63,605 nt of DNA, taken from the NCBI GenBank assembly GCA_051942245.1, contig JAVECL010000067.1:1-63605 (forward strand). The letters are read 5' to 3'. The DNA is from Trypethelium eluteriae. Lineage: Eukaryota. Positions 61,701 through 63,605 of the stretch are shown here, piece by piece. Within the stretch, counting starts at the first letter, position 1, and every line of letters starts with the position of its first letter. Under the pieces are notes generated by a model, which saw only the letters and a list, made by a program, of their open reading frames with translations, was not told where the DNA came from and ran no database searches. The position numbers and the translations under genes were made by a program.

Positions 61701-62206
61701 CCATGGCCCGTACAATGTGTTACTTTTCATAATATTGACTGCAATCCCGTCTGAATTCGTGGGAGAGATAGATGCTGTTGACACAACGTATGTTGTTCGA
61801 AACTTCCTCCAGCGACGGAGTTATGCCTCTTGTCCATGAGCCCCACTTGTTGAATCGAAGGTGACCACTCCGAACACACAGGCCAGACCGAAGAAAGTAG
61901 TAGAACGAGACAACTCTGTTCGATCTTTCAATTATTACTTGGAGGGCAATTCGTCGATAGGTCTCACCATTGAAACGTGACCAAGCGCCAGTCCCGCTCG
62001 GAAAGCATCAATAAGCCACCAAGGTTCCACAATTAGAAGGCCAATCAGAAGCTGGGTTTTCGTATCAAGGATATAAGCAGACTACAGATCTAAAAAATAG
62101 GCAGGGTCGATGCTGCCCTTTGTACCGATTTGATCGGGAACATAAGATGAAATACACAATAGTCACAGAAGAGAAAGTAGAAACAACGTCTCACACATAT
62201 CCATCC

Positions 62207-63605
62207 CTACAATGTTGATTCCTTGCTCCACACACTCCTTGCTCGTATCCTTTTCCCAAAGATGTAAAATAGAAACGGAATCGGAATCAAAGCGACAGCG
62301 ATGAAACCAAGCAAACTCGAGGCCCAGGGGATGCCCAGGTTATGAAACATAGGATTTACAAAGAGAGGGAAAGCACCGGCGAAAACTGATCGCAGGAATG
62401 TGTTCGCTGCCACCGCCGATGCCGAATATCTATGAAAAGTATCGATAAGGTAGTTCAAAGCGGCCTGGAAAATTGTGAAAAAGCCGAACCCTAAAAGTAC
62501 CGCACCGACACACGGCGCGACCCATGTGATTGTACGACTCGAGGTCCATCCAAAGATGAATAGCCCAGCCGCAAAGAAGATTGAACCAACCATCATTGGT
62601 GGGAGTCGAGCCTCAGGGACCGGACGTCCGTTGTTGGCCTTGAAGCGGCTAAGATAAAAGCGCTGATTCAGGAGGTTTCCTGCGGCGCCGATTAATATTC
62701 CAAGGAAGAGAGCTAGAAATGGCAGTGCGCCCACGACCAAATTCCAGCCACGTTCTTCCTGGAACTCGATCGGGAAAGCCGCGAGATTCGCGTAAAGGAT
62801 GCCATACACGAACGACGCATACAGTGCGACAAGTAGGCAGATGGGCGTCGTTAGCATCTGGAAAGGCCGGATGAGGTATTTGTGGGCAAGCTCCCGGAGA
62901 CTAATATCCCACTCCTCATGCGGTGCATGCAGCGCCCAATTCCCACTCTCATGGCGCAACCTCCTCGCCTTTGCCACTAGCAGCACAGGCGGATATGACT
63001 CGTCCAGAAAAATGACATCCAGCAGCAAGAAAAACATCATCAGAATCCCCGTTAAGTATTCCGTCCACCTCCACCTCAAATACGACTGCACCACCGCTCC
63101 ACCCACAATGGGCCCCAGCACCGGCCCCCCCACAACCGCCATCGCATACCCGACAATCGCCGCACCCCGCTGCTCCGGCGCCCAGATATCAGCCAACACG
63201 CCCCCCGTATTCGTGACCGGGGCGCTGCCAAACACGCCCGCAAAGAACCTCGTGATCAGCACCGTCTGGATGTCCTTCGCGGTCGCGGTGCCGAAGCTGA
63301 AGATGGCAGAGATGAAGTACGGTATCAGCACCGCGGGCTTCCGTCCGTACACCTCGCTCAGCGGCGCCCAGACTAAAGGGCCGATGCCGAAGCCGAAGAG
63401 CAGCAGTGAGATACCGAGGAGGCTGACTTCGCTGCCGACGTGGAAGTCGTGTGAGACTTGGTTGATGGCGGGCGAGAAGACGGAGGAGGCCCAGGTCGCG
63501 CCCATGGTCGTGAAGCCGTAGAGTAGGGTCGTGATGACTTTCTTGCGATAGGGCCAGTTGAGGGGGCGGTAGGGGTCGTCGGGCCCGTCGAAGTCGACGA
63601 GGACG
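62207..63605 (-). CDS. MFS multidrug transporter (DHA1 family), 5' end outside the window
   Basis: VDFDGPDDPYRPLNWP at the edge, WAPLSEVYGRKP, GGVLADIW, PEARLPPM and SASAVAANTFLRS; about 12 TM segments. Confidence 0.92.
   Translation of the reverse strand, partial: VLVDFDGPDDPYRPLNWPYRKKVITTLLYGFTTMGATWASSVFSPAINQVSHDFHVGSEVSLLGISLLLFGFGIGPLVWAPLSEVYGRKPAVLIPYFISAIFSFGTATAKDIQTVLITRFFAGVFGSAPVTNTGGVLADIWAPEQRGAAIVGYAMAVVGGPVLGPIVGGAVVQSYLRWRWTEYLTGILMMFFLLLDVIFLDESYPPVLLVAKARRLRHESGNWALHAPHEEWDISLRELAHKYLIRPFQMLTTPICLLVALYASFVYGILYANLAAFPIEFQEERGWNLVVGALPFLALFLGILIGAAGNLLNQRFYLSRFKANNGRPVPEARLPPMMVGSIFFAAGLFIFGWTSSRTITWVAPCVGAVLLGFGFFTIFQAALNYLIDTFHRYSASAVAANTFLRSVFAGAFPLFVNPMFHNLGIPWASSLLGFIAVALIPIPFLFYIFGKRIRARSVWSKESTL

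Noticed and set aside
62799..63521. 240-aa plus-strand ORF
   Set aside because: Antisense shadow of the GC-rich MFS transporter gene.
1..63605. Starship captain (DUF3435 tyrosine recombinase), intact transposase or gag-pol
   Set aside because: No ORF with recognisable recombinase, DDE or RT motifs is present in the window.

Overview
Genomic DNA from a filamentous ascomycete (Pezizomycotina), judged from short GT-AG introns with CTRAY-like branch points, RIP-damaged relics and fungal gene families. The first ~53.7 kb look like an accessory, conflict/immunity-type island. It holds three fungal NLR (STAND) genes with different architectures: a PNP_UDP-NB-ARC-TPR-ZZ pseudogene, an intact Goodbye-NACHT-TPR-ZZ gene, and a RIP-destroyed NACHT-ankyrin gene. 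It also holds two paralogous giant GPI-type surface proteins sharing a Cys-rich domain I cannot name, a secreted GMC oxidoreductase, a glycine-zipper membrane protein, and an internally deleted RNase H. A divergent pair (secreted M35-like HEXXH metalloprotease plus a tandem beta-sandwich protein) is bracketed by a 71-bp direct repeat. Further along are an intronless class I/II aminotransferase next to pseudogenised methyltransferase and FAD-monooxygenase genes, and a PD-(D/E)XK-like protein. Mobile DNA comprises three copies of a ~230-bp LTR (two solo LTRs with perfect 5-bp TSDs), a 573-bp solo LTR carrying a palindromic 20-bp array inside an AT-rich RIP relic, and a TIR-bounded MITE. The right end carries more ordinary genes: a JEN1-type carboxylate transporter, a GNAT acetyltransferase and a DHA1 MFS transporter cut by the window edge. 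No Starship captain recombinase, rRNA, tRNA or CRISPR array was recognised. All family assignments come from motif recognition by eye, not from database searches.
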